From an uncultured Planctomycetaceae bacterium (GTDB lineage: Bacteria > Planctomycetota > Planctomycetia > Isosphaerales > Isosphaeraceae): a DNA stretch of 64,000 nt. Below the pieces are notes generated by a model. It did not search any database and was not told the DNA's origin. It saw nothing but the letters and a program-made list of their open reading frames with translations. Of the stretch, positions 10,418 through 22,100 are shown one piece after another. The translations under genes were made by a program, and so were the position numbers. The stretch lies in NCBI GenBank assembly GCA_963833985.1, contig CAWIAD010000002.1, positions 3,072,001-3,136,000 on the forward strand, in the 5' to 3' direction. Within the stretch, counting starts at the first letter, position 1. Every line of letters begins with the position of its first letter.

Positions 10418-11824
10418 ATGAGAGGTGCCCGGATTCACCGCCGCGGATTCCTCGGGGCAACCGCCGGGGTAGGCGGACTCCTGGTGAGGGTTCACGCAGG
10501 GGGAGAGACCGGCCCAGAATTGAGGGTTGGACCCATCCAACGCGTGGGAGCCTACGGAGCGAAATACTTCGAGCCGTGGATCGCTGCCAACCCGCGCGAC
10601 GCCACAAACCTGGTAGTTGTTGCTTCGCGCGATTTGAGCGCGGCGTCTCCAGCACGCTTCCACATGGAACCGGCGTCCTGGTTCAGCCTTGACGGAGGCT
10701 CCTCGTGGAACCAGGGGAAGCTCGACGGCACTGAAAACCTGGCTCGGGATCGGGCGTTTTTCGTCGATGCCTGCGCCACCTTCGCGCCCGACGGGACGGC
10801 GTTCTGTGTTTTCATGAGCAGGACCAAGGGCAGCGACAGCGATTTGTGGATCTACCGCTCCGAGGATGGCGGCCGGCGCTGGCAGGGCCCGGCGACCGTG
10901 CCCGGCTTTCTCGACTATCCTCGGCTCGCTGCTGGGCTGGACGGCGGCAAGCCCCGCCTCTTCGTCCTAGCCAACGGTTCGGGGGACGGGCCGTTCTTTG
11001 GCAAGTCAAAAAGATCGGGATACGGCTGTGTGGTGCTGAGATCGGACGATGGCGGCCGGACCTTTTCGGCCGTGAACCTGATCGCTCCAACGACGCTTCT
11101 GCACACGCCGATCGAGTCGCCTTTGATCCTCCCGGACGGCAGACTGCTGGTCGGGTTCGCGGACTTCCCGGACATGCCTGCGGAGAAGAGACCTCGGGCC
11201 CACATTGCCCACGGCCGCTACTACGCCACATCATCGCGGGACGGCGGAGCGACGTTCTCATTGCCCGCTCCGATCCGAGACTCCTCACTTCACGAAGGCT
11301 ACGGGGACGGCTTCGTGGCGATCACAGTCGATCAGTCGGAGGGCCCTCGCAAAGGGCTTGTTTACGCGCTTGCTTACAATCGGAGCGACGATCCCCCTGG
11401 GCTTCAGCTCCAGTTGAGCCAGGACGCCGTCGACTGGACGCCGCCTGTGACAGTACCCGGCCTTCGCGCAGGGCCCACCCCCTATGCGGCCATCGCCGTG
11501 TCGTCGCGGGGAGTGCTGGGCTTGTCCTGGATCCAGGGAATCCACGGGGACCTGGTGCGCTACAATGACAAGGCGTGGACTTCTCGGGAACATGTCTGGG
11601 ACCTGTACTTCACCGCCTCGGCGGACGGCGGGAAGAGCTTTGCCGCTCCGGTCCGGGTGCTCCAGACTCCGTACCGCACCGACGCGAGGTTTCCCAACTG
11701 GCCCTATCGCGCTGACTACCTCTCCATCGCCGCCTCAGCAGATGGTGCTTTCCACCCGCTGTGGGTCGACACTCGCGAGAGCAAGGGAGAGATCCAGACG
11801 ACGCGAATCGAGGTTCAGCCATAG
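10418..11824 (+). CDS. Tat-exported BNR/Asp-box (sialidase-like) beta-propeller protein
   Basis: RRGFL twin-arginine signal; repeated S.DGG..W/F Asp-boxes; EPWIAANP..P.NLV. Confidence 0.8.
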   Translation: MRGARIHRRGFLGATAGVGGLLVRVHAGGETGPELRVGPIQRVGAYGAKYFEPWIAANPRDATNLVVVASRDLSAASPARFHMEPASWFSLDGGSSWNQGKLDGTENLARDRAFFVDACATFAPDGTAFCVFMSRTKGSDSDLWIYRSEDGGRRWQGPATVPGFLDYPRLAAGLDGGKPRLFVLANGSGDGPFFGKSKRSGYGCVVLRSDDGGRTFSAVNLIAPTTLLHTPIESPLILPDGRLLVGFADFPDMPAEKRPRAHIAHGRYYATSSRDGGATFSLPAPIRDSSLHEGYGDGFVAITVDQSEGPRKGLVYALAYNRSDDPPGLQLQLSQDAVDWTPPVTVPGLRAGPTPYAAIAVSSRGVLGLSWIQGIHGDLVRYNDKAWTSREHVWDLYFTASADGGKSFAAPVRVLQTPYRTDARFPNWPYRADYLSIAASADGAFHPLWVDTRESKGEIQTTRIEVQP

Positions 11825-12300
11825 GGATGAGCAAAGATCTCGAGGCGTGGGCAGGAGAGAGGAATCCGACGGAAGAAGGAACGCAACCGGTGAAAGTACA
11901 TCCTTCCACAGTCATTCCGTCGCGCACAAGGCTGGTTGTGACCAGGCAGGAAGCCTTCCGAGAGGATGCGTCACTCAGAAGTGTCCTCATAACCCCCGGC
12001 TGCCAGTTTCTTCCAGAGTATCCCACCCTGGTCAACGAATTCACCGGACACATGAAGCGATCCAAACTCTTGCCGAGGCGCGGTGACTTGCTCGCTCAAT
12101 TCCTCGACTTGAAGCTCAAGCCGGCGTTCTTCGCTTTCGACGACTCGTGGAGTTTCTGCTCATGCGCGAGGCGTTCCTTCACGAGGCCTTCAGCGAAACT
12201 TCCTGAACTTCAAGTTTGGCCCGTCCGCGGCCGATGAATGATGAAGCCGTCACCCCATGGCCCGTGGTGGCGCGGATCCCCCTCCTGGCAAGGAATGCCC

Positions 12301-13335
12301 ATGATCTCGCGCCCCCTTCGTGCCGTCCGCGTCGATGCCCTGGAGCTCGAGGGGCGTCTGCTCCTGGCGGCCCCGGCGGTGCCAAGCACCGTTGCGTCAG
12401 CTCAGAAACCCGTCCTCGTGCAAACCCACCTATCCCTGGGATTCGCCGGCACACCGACTCCGGGCACGTCGCAGGTGACCCAGGTCGTTTACCAGCAAGA
12501 CGGCACGGCGACCGTGACGCTGTCGGAGAGCGGTTACGTGCCGATGCAGGTGGAGGTCAAGACCGACCCGTCGTCGCCGGCCGTGGGTGTGAACGTGGGG
12601 CCGGTCGACCAGATGGTCACGTTCGCAAACCAGACGAAAGCCACCCTGAGCGTGCCGATTCTCGCCGGCGCACAGAACCCGGGCGAGGTGGATGTCGCCT
12701 TGACGGTCACACCTGTCAATCCGCCGGCACCCATCACCGTTACGGGCCCCCTCGTGCTCCGCATCCTGGCGTCGAGTGCGCCGGCACCGCCAACCATCAC
12801 CGCCGAACAGGGAACCCCTCAGGGCATCGTGCTCACGTTCAGCAAGCCGATGGACCCGGCCAGAGCCTCCGACGTGAATAACTATGCGGTGCATTCGTCG
12901 TACGCTGACTCCTATCTGCTCGGCGGCTTCCTCGGTCAGCTCCTCGGCTCTCGGCTGCACACAGTCTCTTTCTTGCATTCGGTGCCGCTCCGGGCCGCCG
13001 TGTACGATCCCGCGACGAACTCGGTGACGCTCATCCCCAGGCGTAGGCTGACCTACAAGGCCCAGATCACCGTGACCCAGGGGTCCGGGTTGAACAACTC
13101 GTCACGGCCAGGACACCCGTCGGACGCCCCCCTCGGTCTCGGCGACCTGGCAGGCAATTCGATCAATGGGGACTCGACCCCAGGAAAATTCTCGGTTGTC
13201 GTCACGACCGGGAATCCGCAGCCTGTTACGACCGGGAATCCGCAGCCTGTTTCGACCGGGGATCCGCAGCCTAATACGACCGGGAATCCGCGGCCGGCCA
13301 CGACCGGGAATCCGCGGCCGTATCGGCGACTGTGA
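12301..13335 (+). CDS. Planctomycete-type secreted surface protein (LE.R.LL leader, Calx-beta/Ig-like domains, C-terminal octapeptide repeats)
   Basis: LELEGRLLLA motif; VTFANQ..ATLSVPI; IVLTFSKPMDPARASDVNNY..YDPATNSVTL. Start uncertain (12238, 12295 or 12301). Confidence 0.65.
   Translation: MISRPLRAVRVDALELEGRLLLAAPAVPSTVASAQKPVLVQTHLSLGFAGTPTPGTSQVTQVVYQQDGTATVTLSESGYVPMQVEVKTDPSSPAVGVNVGPVDQMVTFANQTKATLSVPILAGAQNPGEVDVALTVTPVNPPAPITVTGPLVLRILASSAPAPPTITAEQGTPQGIVLTFSKPMDPARASDVNNYAVHSSYADSYLLGGFLGQLLGSRLHTVSFLHSVPLRAAVYDPATNSVTLIPRRRLTYKAQITVTQGSGLNNSSRPGHPSDAPLGLGDLAGNSINGDSTPGKFSVVVTTGNPQPVTTGNPQPVSTGDPQPNTTGNPRPATTGNPRPYRRL
13204..13323 (+). repeat. Five 24-bp tandem repeats encoding (T/S)TG(N/D)P(Q/R)P-x
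   Basis: Units of ACGACCGGGAATCCGCAGCCTGTT type at 13204, 13228, 13252, 13276, 13300. Confidence 0.9.
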
Positions 13336-13985
13336 GTGTCCCTATGCATGCCTCGGGGGCACAGCAGAAACTGAACCGGCAGTCATTGAGAGCGGGCAAG
13401 ACCAGCGACACAAGTCCGATCAACACAACCGCCGCTTGACCCCGGGCCGAGCAAGGGACGGGTATCACCGGAATTGCATAGGCTGCTCAAGGAACACTCC
13501 GGGCTGACCCTGGGAACGCCCCGGGGTCGAAGCCTTCGCCTGCCAGGATGTTGCGGCAGAATGCTCGGATCCATTCAAAGTCCAATGTCCGGATCCAGGC
13601 CCGTTCGGTCCCTGGTGTAGGGAGGACTGCACGGCGGTGCTTCCGCACAGCATGCCACAGCCGCGACGACCAGGGACCAGGGACCAGGAAACCAGGACCC
13701 GTGCTGGCGAACCCGTCTTGACTGTTGCACCGACATGGCGCGGAAGGCCTGGGGATCACCACGCATCATGATCAACACTCTTAATAAATGAAAACTCAAT
13801 GTCTTGGTATAGTTTATTCACCGTTTGGATTTGACCTTCCGATACAGTAACGCGAGATGTGGGCATGAGCACATTCAGCGGGCCCTCCGCGGTAATCCCC
13901 AGCCGGCTCACGTCAGCCGATCCCGGTCTTAAAAAACCTGCGCCACGACGGTCGCGGGCGCTCAACTCCATGCCCGGAGCAAAAC

Positions 13986-16501
13986 ATGAAGTTTTCACCC
14001 GGTACTCACGGTGCTTCCACGGTGACGCGACCGACCCGGCCCGCCGGGCGCCCCTCCAGGGCCCGCCGCCCCAGCCTGGACGTCGAGCGCTGCGAGCAGC
14101 GAATTCTGCTTTCGGTCGCGCTGGTGAGCGTCAACTCCGCGGGCACCGGCAGCGCCAATAGTGGTTCGGATTTTCAATATGCCAATATCAACTCCGCAGC
14201 CAATTCTCCGGTCCCGTCGGCCCAGACCAACCTGAGCAGCGACGGGTCACGGCTTGTGTTCGACAGCGAGGCGAGCAATCTGGTTCCATCCTTGAAAGAT
14301 ACCAACCTGGCAAGCGACGTGTTCCTGCGTGACGTGAAGGCGGGCACCACCTCACTCATCAGCGCGACTCCTGGCGGCCAACCCGGCAATGGCGCCTCGT
14401 TTGACCCGACGATCAGCCCCAACGGCCGGTACGTCGCGTTCGTCAGTCAGGCCACCAACCTCACCAGCATCCCCGTCCCGTCGATAGACACCACAGGTGG
14501 CCAGGCGACCGGCTACCTCTACGTCCGCGACCTTCAGACGAATACGACGACTCTCCTTGAACAAACCCCGGCAGGACAGGCAGCGGACGGCTTGAGCACC
14601 GGTCAATTCGTCTTCAGTCCCGACAGCATGAAGCTCGCCTTCACCGACACTTCCGACAACCTGACCACGGTGGCCGTCGATCCCGGCGCGAACTCGAGCC
14701 CGGGCGGCCAGCCCGACCCCTGGAACGGCTCGTTGACCTACGTTTACGTACGGAACCTGGCGGCACGGACCACGTCGCTCGTGAGCGTCTCGACAAGCGG
14801 CCTGGCGGCCGGCGACTATCCCGGGGCCGTGCCCGGCGGAGAGCCGGGCCCGGTGTGGAGTCCGGATAGCCAGTCTCTCGCCTTCAGCAGCAGCGCGGCC
14901 GATCTGACAGCCAATGCTGCTGACAGCGTCTCTAATCCCGACCAGATCTCCGCAGGTATTCCCGGCAGCGAAAACCTCTACCTCCGCAACACCTCGGCGG
15001 GAACCACGACGCTGCTCAGCGTTACCACCAAGGGACTGATCTCGGCCGGCGAGAGTCTTGGTGCGGTCTTCAGTCCCGATGGCAAGTCGGTTGCGTTTGT
15101 CAGCAGCGCCGCCAACCTGACGGCCAGCGCCGTCGATACCACACCGCCGATCGCGGGACTTGCTGATGCAAAAACATATGAGAATGTTTATGTGAAAAGT
15201 CTGGCCTCTGGCACGACTACCCTGGTCAGCGCCACGCCCGGAGGTCTGCAGTCCAACGGAATCGCCTCCCAGCCCGTTTTCAGTCCCGATAGCCGCTCCC
15301 TGGCGTACATCACCAACGCCAACGACCTCGCCAACAAGTCGCTGGACTCCACTCCACCGCCTGGCGCCTCGTTTTTTGGGATGCCCAGCCTGCCTGCTGA
15401 CAACCTCTTCCTGACCAATCTGGCGACTGGTACCACCACGCTCGTCAGCGCGACTCCCACAGGTATCTTGTCGAGCGGCATGGTGGGTCAAATCCTCTTC
15501 AGTCCCGATGGCAAACTGCTGGCTTTCACGAGCAACGCCGGCGACTTGACGAATAACCCGGTGGAAAGCTCGCCTCCCGCGGCCCCCGGATCTTTCGCTG
15601 GCAGTCCGAGCGGCAGCCTGTTTCCTATTAGCAACGTCTTCGTCCGCGACCTGACCGCCCAAACAACGACACTTGCGTCGGTGACCGCGAGCGGCCAGCT
15701 CTCGAACAGCGTCGCCGGCGGCTTGATTTTCAGCCCTGACAGCAAGTTGCTGTTCTTCAGCAGCACTGCCGGCAACTTGACGGGCAACCTGCCGGACGCG
15801 GCTACCTCGGCAGGCCCGACCACGAATCTGTTTGTGCGCGATTTGCCGGCGGCTGCGACATCTCTGATCTCGGCCACGACGAGTGGACGGCTCTCGGACA
15901 ATTCCACCTCCGCCAGCGCGTTCCTCTCACCGGACGGGAAGACACTTTACTTTGAGAGCGGCGCCAGTTTGCTGACGGCCGGAGACTCGAATGGCTCCGT
16001 CGACATCTTCGCGGCATCGGCACCATTCACGGCTCCGAACGTCTCCCCCCCTCCCCGTGCCAGCCCACCTCCCCGGCCGCAGCCGCGCCGCAGCCTGGCC
16101 CGGCTGTCGTCGGTTTGACACCCCTGGACAGTCGGCACGGCATCACCAGCGTGGTTGTCACGTTCAATCAGGCGCTCGACCCCGCGTCAGCCCAGAACCT
16201 GGCCAACTATCAGATCACTTTGCCTGGCCGCACCGTGCATACACACCCCGGCCACCTGACCACCACCCATCCAGGCCGCTCCGTGGTCATCAAGAACGCG
16301 GGCTACAATGCAGCGACGCACCAGGTCACCTTGACTCTGCGCACGCCACTCCGGCGCGGCGCGGCGTATCAATTCCGGGTGAATGGCGCCGCAGCGAGCG
16401 GCGTGGAAAGCACGAGCGGCGCTTCGCTCAACAGCCCGGGCAAGCTGAAGCCAGGGAAGGACTATCAGGCCGTACTGGACCTGGCAACGCCGCGGTCGTG
16501 A
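13986..16501 (+). CDS. Secreted PD40/TolB-like repeat beta-propeller protein with C-terminal Ig-like domain; frameshift in C-rich tract ~16045-16060
   Basis: VERCEQRILLS leader; repeated FSPDG..AF.S.A.NL and ..RDL..GTTTLVS units. The frame of ORF 16115..16501 extends upstream as GPAVVGLTP..VVTFNQALDPASAQNLANY. Confidence 0.75.
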
Positions 16502-16756
16502 GGTTCGGAGCTCAAGCTCGCGCCACGCGCAAGTTCCAGAGAGCTCATGCTGGTCTCCGTCATAAACCTTCGGACACATGGTGCTGATGCCACCAGGTCG
16601 TGTCCGGAGGCTCGAAGAGCAAGCTCTCACTGCGCGGAAGGCCCTGAGAACGCGCTCGCGTGGTCGGTCTCGGTGTACGCGGTGGCTCCCTGGGTGCTGC
16701 GGCGATCAGTTGGCGTGAGGAGCCCATTGTCCCGAGGGCAAGGCAGGGAGCCACTG

Positions 16757-16900
16757 GGGCGGTTTTCTGTCGGGTTGAAAGAAGCTTCTGAGATCTTGGA
16801 AAGGCGGGCAGACATTCCTGTCTGCCAGGCCAGGCCTGCTCCGGCAGGCAGGAATGCCAGTCCCCCCGGTCTCAGTCCGCGATCCGAGTGAAAACCGCTC
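16757..16900. mobile_element. MITE-like element, long copy containing an internal REP-like inverted pair
   Basis: Ends GGGCGGTTTTC / GAAAACCGCTC form 11-bp inverted repeats with 1 mismatch. Internal GGCAGACATTCCTGTCTGCC ... GGCAGGCAGGAATGCC. Homologous to 23799-23876. Confidence 0.65.
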
Positions 16901-17016
16901 TCGATTTTCCTTGCCGGAGCTACAGTGGCGATGGACTCAGGACTTCACCTGCTTGACTAGGATACTGGTCGACGGCTATGATCTTTTTGGAGTGTATGTC
17001 GACGGAGACGTATGCC

Positions 17017-17337
17017 ATGACCGGGCCGAGCTATCTCATCCGCGGGCTATGCATCGCAACGGTACTGGCAATGCTGGCGACGATGGTGTTGCCCTTGCGG
17101 CTCAACCTCGCCGCCACAATCGAGCATGCTGATCGTCGATCCGCTCATCCGGTCCGCGCGCAACCCCACCATGTCAAAGCCGTCCTGATGGAAGAGAAGG
17201 TGCCGAGACCGGCCAGGCGCGTGTTCAGGTTCCGGTTCGCCCCGTACGAACGGCGGTTCCTCACATCCCTTGTTTTTCCCGATCGCGATCCGGCCACGCC
17301 CCGTCTGAGGTCGGCGCTTCCGCCGCTCCGCTGTTAG
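17017..17337 (+). CDS. Small hypothetical protein with N-terminal hydrophobic segment
   Basis: ORF with GGAG upstream, hydrophobic N-terminus, ends PPLRC; no family recognised. Confidence 0.4.
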   Translation: MTGPSYLIRGLCIATVLAMLATMVLPLRLNLAATIEHADRRSAHPVRAQPHHVKAVLMEEKVPRPARRVFRFRFAPYERRFLTSLVFPDRDPATPRLRSALPPLRC

Positions 17338-17816
17338 GTCGGCACCAGACGCCGGCGCGTAGTGGGTATGCCTGCCGATTCTGACGATACCCTGACGTCT
17401 TTCACCATAGGCGGTCTTGCGTGGCCCACACTCCCGAGGGACAAATGCTTTCGGGATGAGTGACTCGCCGATCCGCCGGGGACAAAACAGTTTTCGCCAT
17501 TCCGGTGGGCGATCCTGGTTTTCGGCTTTTGCAGCCGAAGAGTCATGATGGTCCAACCGAGCGATCCCATCGACTCCACGTTTGTCCAAAGTTCCGGACG
17601 CTTGCCGGCAGTTCAACGCATCGAACTGGTGGGGCGTGGTAGCGATTGAGGTCGATTGATCAAACAAGGTGAATCCCAAGGGGGGGCGAAGATGTCCCCC
17701 GAAACTCCAACGACAGAAGTGAACGCGCCGACCAGGTTTCCACGGACTTGTCCGTGATCGATCCGCCGAGAGCGCGGAACGACGGCCCCGCCAGGTCACG
17801 CGCGGGAGACCACTCC

Positions 17817-19088
17817 ATGAATCCCATCGGTTTCCTCAGACGGCGACCCGTCATTTCTCTCATGCTGTTCGTCGCGCTTCTCAGCGGCGGGGTCTTGTTA
17901 TTGTCGGGGATTCAGCCCGACATCTACCCGCTCAATACGCCAGGAATTCGCGCATACATGGCTCACATCGACACGCGTACCAACAATGTGAAAACGTACG
18001 TTGTCGACCAGTATGAGTCATATTCTCACACGCTCGACGAAGAACCCGGCGCGGAGAGCCAGACGATCGTCGTCAGCACGGCTCTGGTCAAGGACGTCAC
18101 CATCACCCAGCAGTATGTCTGCCAGATTCACTCGCGGCAACACATCGATGTGCGGGCCCTGGAGGACGGTTATCTCGAGCAGATCAAGGTCAAGGAGGGC
18201 CAGGCGGTGAAACAGGACGATGTGATGTTCACGATCGTGCCAACTCTTTACGAGGCAAGGCTGGACGCCGAGGTGGCCGCGAGAGACATCGCGCAACTGG
18301 AGTTGAATAACACCAAGAGGTTAGCCACCAGGAATGCTGTCTCTCCGAATGAGGTGAAGCTGTTCGAGGCCAAGCTGGCACAGACCCAGGCGAAGGCGAA
18401 CCAGCAGAAGGCGGAACTGTATTTCACCATCGTCCGGGCACCTTTCGACGGTATCATGAACCGTTTACGTGAGCAGAAAGGAAGCCTGGTCCAGAAGGGT
18501 GACGTTCTCACGACTCTGTCCGACAACAGCGTGATGTGGGTCTATTTCAACGTCCCGGAGGCTCGCTACCTCCAGTACAAGGCCCTCCAAGGTAAGCCCG
18601 ATCTGGACCATCCGGAACGACTCAAACTCGTGGATTCGCGAATCGTGCTCGTGCTCGCGGACGGAAGCACGTTCAAACAGACCGCCGGTGATGTCCTTAC
18701 CGTCGAGGGCAGTTTCGACAACCAGACCGGAAACATTTCCTTCCGCGCGGATTTTCCGAACCCGGATGGCCTGCTGCGCCATGGTCAGACCGGCGACGTG
18801 TTGATCCACCGCGCGTTGCATAATGCCATCGTCATCCCGCTCCGGGCCACGTTCGAGGTTCTCGACAAGCGCTACGTTTACGTGGTCGGCGAGGATCATG
18901 TGGTGCATCAGCGCCTGATCACCGTCGAGCACGAACTGGAGGACATCTTCGTGATCAAGAAGGGGCTTGAGGCGGAGGACAGGATCGTGCTCGAGGGGGT
19001 CCGGCAGGTCCAGGACGGCCGGAAGGTGGAATACGAGTTTCGTGCCCCGGAACTCGTGCTGGCAAACCAGAAGAATCATGCGGAATAG
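17817..19088 (+). CDS. RND efflux periplasmic adaptor (membrane fusion protein)
   Basis: GYLEQIKVKEGQAVK lipoyl half, IVRAPFDG, WVYFNVPE, FRADFPNPDGLLRHG; adjacent to RND permease. Confidence 0.92.
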   Translation: MNPIGFLRRRPVISLMLFVALLSGGVLLLSGIQPDIYPLNTPGIRAYMAHIDTRTNNVKTYVVDQYESYSHTLDEEPGAESQTIVVSTALVKDVTITQQYVCQIHSRQHIDVRALEDGYLEQIKVKEGQAVKQDDVMFTIVPTLYEARLDAEVAARDIAQLELNNTKRLATRNAVSPNEVKLFEAKLAQTQAKANQQKAELYFTIVRAPFDGIMNRLREQKGSLVQKGDVLTTLSDNSVMWVYFNVPEARYLQYKALQGKPDLDHPERLKLVDSRIVLVLADGSTFKQTAGDVLTVEGSFDNQTGNISFRADFPNPDGLLRHGQTGDVLIHRALHNAIVIPLRATFEVLDKRYVYVVGEDHVVHQRLITVEHELEDIFVIKKGLEAEDRIVLEGVRQVQDGRKVEYEFRAPELVLANQKNHAE

Positions 19089-19137
19089 CAATCACTTCGC
19101 GTCACGAAGCGGAACTTAACCTGATCGTCTCAGAACC

Positions 19138-22100
19138 ATGTTCACGAACATCCTCTATCGGCCGGCACTGGCGATCGTCATCTCGATCATCATCCTGTTC
19201 CTGGGAGGACTGGGGATCGCAACGCTGCCGACATCCCAGTTTCCCGATGTCGCACCGCCGACCGTTCAGGTTGCCATTGCTTATCCCGGTGCCAGTGCCA
19301 ATGTTCTGGTCGATTCGGTCCTGATTCCGTTGGAGCAATCCATCAACGGCGTTCAGAACATGCGTTACATGGTCTCCGACGCGACAAGTGCCGGGGAAGC
19401 AACGATCCGGATCTTCTTCGAGCCAGGCACGAACCCAGACATCAATGTGGTGAACGTGCAAAACCGGGTCAACATCATGATGAACCGTCTCCCGCCACTG
19501 GTGCAGCGCGAGGGCATCCTCGTCAGCCAGGTCGTGCCGAGCATGCTGATGTATGTGAACATCTACAGTACAGATCCAAACGCCGACCAGAAGACGCTTT
19601 ACAATTTCGCCAACGTCAACGTCATGCCCGTGCTCAAACGGATCCAGGGCATGGGTATTCCCAGGAACCTTGGCAACCGCTCCTTCGCGATGCGGATCTG
19701 GCTGAACCCCGACCGCATGCGCGCCTACTCGATATCCACCGAGGATATCATGAAGGCCGTGGCGGAACAAAGCGTGATCGGTTCACCTGGACGGCTCGGG
19801 CAGGCCACGGGCAGGACGTCGCAATCACGCGAATACGTCTTGACCTATATCGGGCGCTATAACAAGCCGGAACAGTACGCGAGCATCGTTTTGAGAGCAA
19901 ACCCCGACGGTGAGATCTTGCACCTCAAGGACGTCGCCGAGGTCGAACTGGGCTCCGAGTTCTTTGACATTTACTCGGATATCAATGGACATCCCGCGGC
20001 ATCCATCATTCTCAAGCAAAGCCCCGGCTCCAACGCAGCCGCGGTCATCGAGGAAATCAAGCGCGAACTGGAGCAGATCAAGAAGGAGTCCTTCCCCCCC
20101 GGTATGGACTACGAACTCGCCTACGACGTTTCCCGGTTTCTGGACGCCTCCATCGAAAAGGTGCTGCATACCCTGCTCGAGGCGTTCATCTTGGTGTCTC
20201 TGGTGGTTTATCTGTTCCTAGGCAATTTACGATCCACGCTCATTCCGACCCTCGCGGTCCCGGTGTCGCTGGTCGGGACCTTCTTTGTCTTGAAGTTGAT
20301 GGGTCTATCAATCAACCTGATCACGCTTTTCGCAATGGTCCTCGCGATCGGTGTCGTGGTGGACGACGCAATCGTGGTGGTCGAGGCGGTGCACGCCAAG
20401 ATGGCCGCGAAGGACCTTTCGCCCTATCGGGCGGCCATGGAAGTTCTTCGCGAGATCAGTGGCGCGATCATTGCCATCACTCTGGTGATGACGGCCGTCT
20501 TCATTCCGGTGACCTTCATTCCGGGTCCGGTGGGCCAGTTCTACCGCCAGTTCGGTATCACGATGGCCACGTCCATCGTTCTCTCCGGCCTGGTGGCCCT
20601 GACGCTGACACCCGTGCTCTGTGCGATGATTCTCAAGCCCCACACTCACACTCATAAGGGCCATGCGAAAAAGCAGTTCAAGCCAAAGGTCGTTCTACTG
20701 TATGTTCTCGGCGGGTTGCCGATCCTGGGGCTGATCACTTATCTGGCGTATTATTTGTGGGGGCCGGTCGGCTTCCTCTTCCCGCTCCTTCCCTTTGTCC
20801 AGAAAACGATTGACCGGCTCGTCGAGAAGGTCACGGGGGGTTACGCCAGGATCTTGCGGCGGATCGTCACACGCCGCACGCTGACCATGGCCGTCGTGGC
20901 GATTTTTGCCCTCGGTATCGTTTACGTCAACACGCGGCTACCGTCGGGCTTCATCCCGGGTGAGGACCAGGGCATCATCTACGCAGTCCTCCAGACGCCT
21001 CCGGGCTCGACGCTCGAGTACACCAACGCCAAGTCCGAGGAACTCAAGGAGATCGCCAAGAAGATCAACGAAGTCACCTCGGTCACCTCGTTGGCCGGTT
21101 ACGAGGTCCTGACTGAAGGCCGCGGCTCGAACGCGGGAACGTGTATCATCAACCTGAAGAACTGGTCCAACCGCCAGCGAACCGCGCGCCAGATCATTGC
21201 CGAGCTCGAGAAAAAATGCAGTCGGATGACCAACGTCAAGCTCGAGTTCTATGAGCCCCCCGCAGTCCCTGGCTTTGGCGCGGCCGGGGGCTTCTCCATG
21301 CGGCTCCTCGACAAGACGAACACGTCCGATTACCAGCGGCTCGGAGAAGTCACCGACAAGTTCATGGCTGCGTTGTCCAAGCGCAAGGAATTGAAGAACC
21401 TGTTCACATTTTATACAGCCGACTACCCGCAGTACGAGCTGATCATCAACAACGACCGGGCCATGCAGAAAGGCGTATCCATCGGCAGGGCGCTGGACAA
21501 TCTGAACATCCTCATCGGAAGTACTTACGAACAGGGCTTCATTCGCTTCAACCAGTTCTTCAAAGTTTACGTCCAGGCGTTGCCGGAGTTCCGGCGCAAC
21601 CCGGAGGACCTGGGCAACATGTTTGTCAAGAACGAGGCCGGGAACATGGTCCCCTACTCCTCGTTCATGAAGATCGAAAAGAAGCAGGGCTTGAACGAAA
21701 TCACGCGATATAACCTGTATCCGTCCGCCGCTATTCAGGGTGCTCCTGCTCCCGGATTCAGCAGCGGTCAGGCCATCAAGGCGATCAATGAGGTCGCCGC
21801 CAGGACCCTACCACACGGTTACGGCGTCGGCTGGGAAGGCCTCTCTTACGACGAGGCGAGAAAGGGCAACGAGGCCATTTATGTCTTCCTGATCGTCGTT
21901 GCGTTCGTCTATCTGGTACTGGTGGCGCAATACGAGAGCTTCCTCCTGCCGCTGGCCGTGGTCCTGTCACTGCCGGTCGGCATCTTCGGGTCCTTCCTGT
22001 TACTGCGGCTCATGGGGTTGGCCAATGACGTCTACGCCCAGATTGGTCTGGTCATGCTGATCGGTCTGCTCGGCAAGAACGCGATCTTGATCGTCGAATT

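Noticed and set aside
13668..13699. Short GACCAGG heptamer run
   Set aside because: Only about four imperfect units in an intergenic region; no further structure can be supported.
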